A stretch of 36,596 bases of DNA, from positions 1 to 36,596 of the forward strand of contig JANNSE010000062.1 of NCBI GenBank assembly GCA_031402215.1, written 5' to 3'. Positions 35,601 to 36,596 of the stretch are shown here, one piece after another; the first letter of the stretch is position 1, and each line of letters starts with the position of its first letter. The stretch comes from Candidatus Woesearchaeota archaeon (GTDB taxonomy: Archaea > Nanobdellota > Nanobdellia > Woesearchaeales > UBA9642). Under the pieces are notes generated by a model, which made no database searches, was not told where the DNA came from, and worked only from the letters and a program-made list of their open reading frames with translations. A program made the translations under genes and the position numbers.

Positions 35601-35660
35601 GTATATAAAGTTTGTGGTTTGTTGTTACTGATAAGTAACTATATAATAAACCTTTAAAAC
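35601..35660. promoter_or_regulatory. back-to-back TATA-like boxes in a 100-bp divergent intergenic region
   Basis: CTTTATATAC (minus strand, 35601-35610) and CTTTAAAA (plus strand, 35652-35659) each lie ~26 nt from their ATG (35580 and 35681). Confidence 0.4.
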
Positions 35661-35680
35661 CTATATTCATTTCCAACTCT

Positions 35681-36052
35681 ATGAAAATCTACGTCGCTCA
35701 TTCAAAAGAGTTTGATTTTGAAAAAGAGCTATACAAGCCACTTAGGCAGAGCCGTCTTAATAGCGAACACACATTCGTTTTGCCTTATGAAAACGACAAT
35801 AATCTTAATCCAAAAGATTTCTTGAAGAACGAATGTGAGTTAGTAATCGCGGAAGTATCTTACACATCCGCACGAGTTAGCTTTGATCTTAGTTGGGCAT
35901 ACATATTCAAACTACCTGTAAGAAGCATTCATCGTAAGGGAATAATTATACCGGTTGAATTTAGATACGTCTCACCGACACACACAGAATATTCGAATAG
36001 TAAAGACGCTATTTCTAAAATCGAGAAAATAATTAAAGAATTTAGAAAATAA
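35681..36052 (+). CDS. small alpha/beta protein, possibly nucleoside 2-deoxyribosyltransferase-like / TIR-like fold
   Basis: MKIYVAHS at the N-terminus and LVIAEVSYTSARVSFDLSWAY resemble the strand-1 and catalytic-Glu regions of NDT-like proteins. This is weak, by-eye evidence only. Confidence 0.35.
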   Translation: MKIYVAHSKEFDFEKELYKPLRQSRLNSEHTFVLPYENDNNLNPKDFLKNECELVIAEVSYTSARVSFDLSWAYIFKLPVRSIHRKGIIIPVEFRYVSPTHTEYSNSKDAISKIEKIIKEFRK

Positions 36053-36061
36053 TCGTCAGTA

Positions 36062-36343
36062 TTATTTCTTTTTCTTTCCACCAAGATAAGGGTTAAAATA
36101 GATTTTAAGTGTACTCACAAACATCAAATATACTGAGATTAGAATCAACACTGAAACAAAAAGCACATATAAAACGTTCCAGACGAAACCCATATTACTA
36201 CACACACTCCAATGAATAATAGGGTTAACATAAGTATTAACACAAACACCTGCAGGTATACAACTAAAAATAATCCAAAATAATAATGTAAAGAAAATCA
36301 ACCAATAAAACACTTTGTCTGAAGGCATCTTCATAATATTCAA
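36062..36343 (-). CDS. small membrane protein (93 aa, 3 TM helices)
   Basis: Hydrophobic segments and a GGKKKK C-terminus. I recognise no family. Confidence 0.45.
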   Translation of the reverse strand: MNIMKMPSDKVFYWLIFFTLLFWIIFSCIPAGVCVNTYVNPIIHWSVCSNMGFVWNVLYVLFVSVLILISVYLMFVSTLKIYFNPYLGGKKKK

Positions 36344-36364
36344 TAGAAGAATTAATTTAAATAC

Positions 36365-36428
36365 TTATCTAAAAAAGAATCTAAAAAATAAGAAAATAAA
36401 AAATTAACAGACTTATAAGTCGTCTGTT
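36365..36428 (-). terminator. stem-loop overlapping the stop codon, followed by oligo-T runs on the minus strand
   Basis: AACAGAC (36406-36412) pairs with GTCTGTT (36422-36428). The 12-nt palindrome GACTTATAAGTC (36410-36421) overlaps this stem. Downstream on the minus strand are several T5-T6 runs. Confidence 0.4.
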
Positions 36429-36596
36429 GTTAAGATTGTTAATCTGTCTGACTTAACCTTTGCATCCATTCCAACTAAGAATTGAATGTTAGCTCTTTCT
36501 GCAACCATTAACAAGTCTTTATCGATAACATCATCCAATACTGCAGCGTATATTCCGCCGTTCAGACTCTTGATTGTGCTAACAAATTCTGATACT
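36413..36596 (-). CDS. 3' end of a CDS continuing beyond the window (C-terminal 60 aa: ...GGIYAAVLDDVIDKDLLMVAERANIQFLVGMDAKVKSDRLTILTTDDL)
   Basis: I translated this by hand from the minus strand: the frame is open from the window edge to TAA at 36413-36415. It is absent from the ORF track, probably because it is short and partial. I do not recognise the family. Confidence 0.45.
   Translation of the reverse strand, partial: VSEFVSTIKSLNGGIYAAVLDDVIDKDLLMVAERANIQFLVGMDAKVKSDRLTILTTDDL

Noticed and set aside
1-36596. Search for CRISPR arrays, tRNA/rRNA genes, IS elements, integrases and long inverted or direct repeats
   Set aside because: I found no regularly spaced repeats, no GC-rich cloverleaf-sized islands in the intergenic regions (430-644, 10991-11375, 18394-18635, 36344-36412), and no transposase- or integrase-like ORF. 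The only DNA-level paralogy is the two intragenic module duplications reported as findings.

Overview
This window is AT-rich and gene-dense, with about 41 protein genes. I saw no rRNA, tRNA, CRISPR array, transposase or integrase. It reads as archaeal. Evidence: a topoisomerase VI B/A pair, a RIO kinase near a two-KH-domain protein, a NurA-like nuclease, an archaeal-type class I aldolase, and Lrp/AsnC and ArsR regulators. A/T-rich TATA-like boxes sit about 26 nt upstream of many ATGs (leaderless transcripts), while internal operon genes carry GGTG/GAGGTG Shine-Dalgarno motifs. Small genes, lysine-rich tails and patchy metabolism suggest a small-genome (DPANN-like) archaeon, but that is inference.

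Left third (645-10990, all minus strand): an alpha-glucan/glycogen supercluster. It holds a PlsC-like acyltransferase, a debranching enzyme, GalT, a eukaryote-type GT3 glycogen synthase, two adjacent proteins sharing an unassigned NDFANW module (one histidine-rich and membrane-anchored), GH57, and a GT4/5 synthase.

Middle: an ArsR / Zn-ribbon / 75-aa protein / rubrerythrin operon, in which a ~65-aa module occurs both free-standing and fused to a rubrerythrin with a degenerate-looking diiron site. Then come a membrane-protein cluster with an OMP-like 8-strand beta-barrel candidate, GlyRS, a tandem Lrp, and an orphan gene pair behind a structured leader with SD/anti-SD alternatives. These are followed by a THUMP methyltransferase and class II plus class I aldolases with a PfkB kinase.

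Right: an AadA-like nucleotidyltransferase interrupted by one in-frame TAA, a NurA / CYTH / unknown trio, DUF1003, topo VI, a kinase-like protein, KH, RIO, GNAT and a small NDT/TIR-like protein.

All family calls come from motif recognition by eye. No searches or computations were run.
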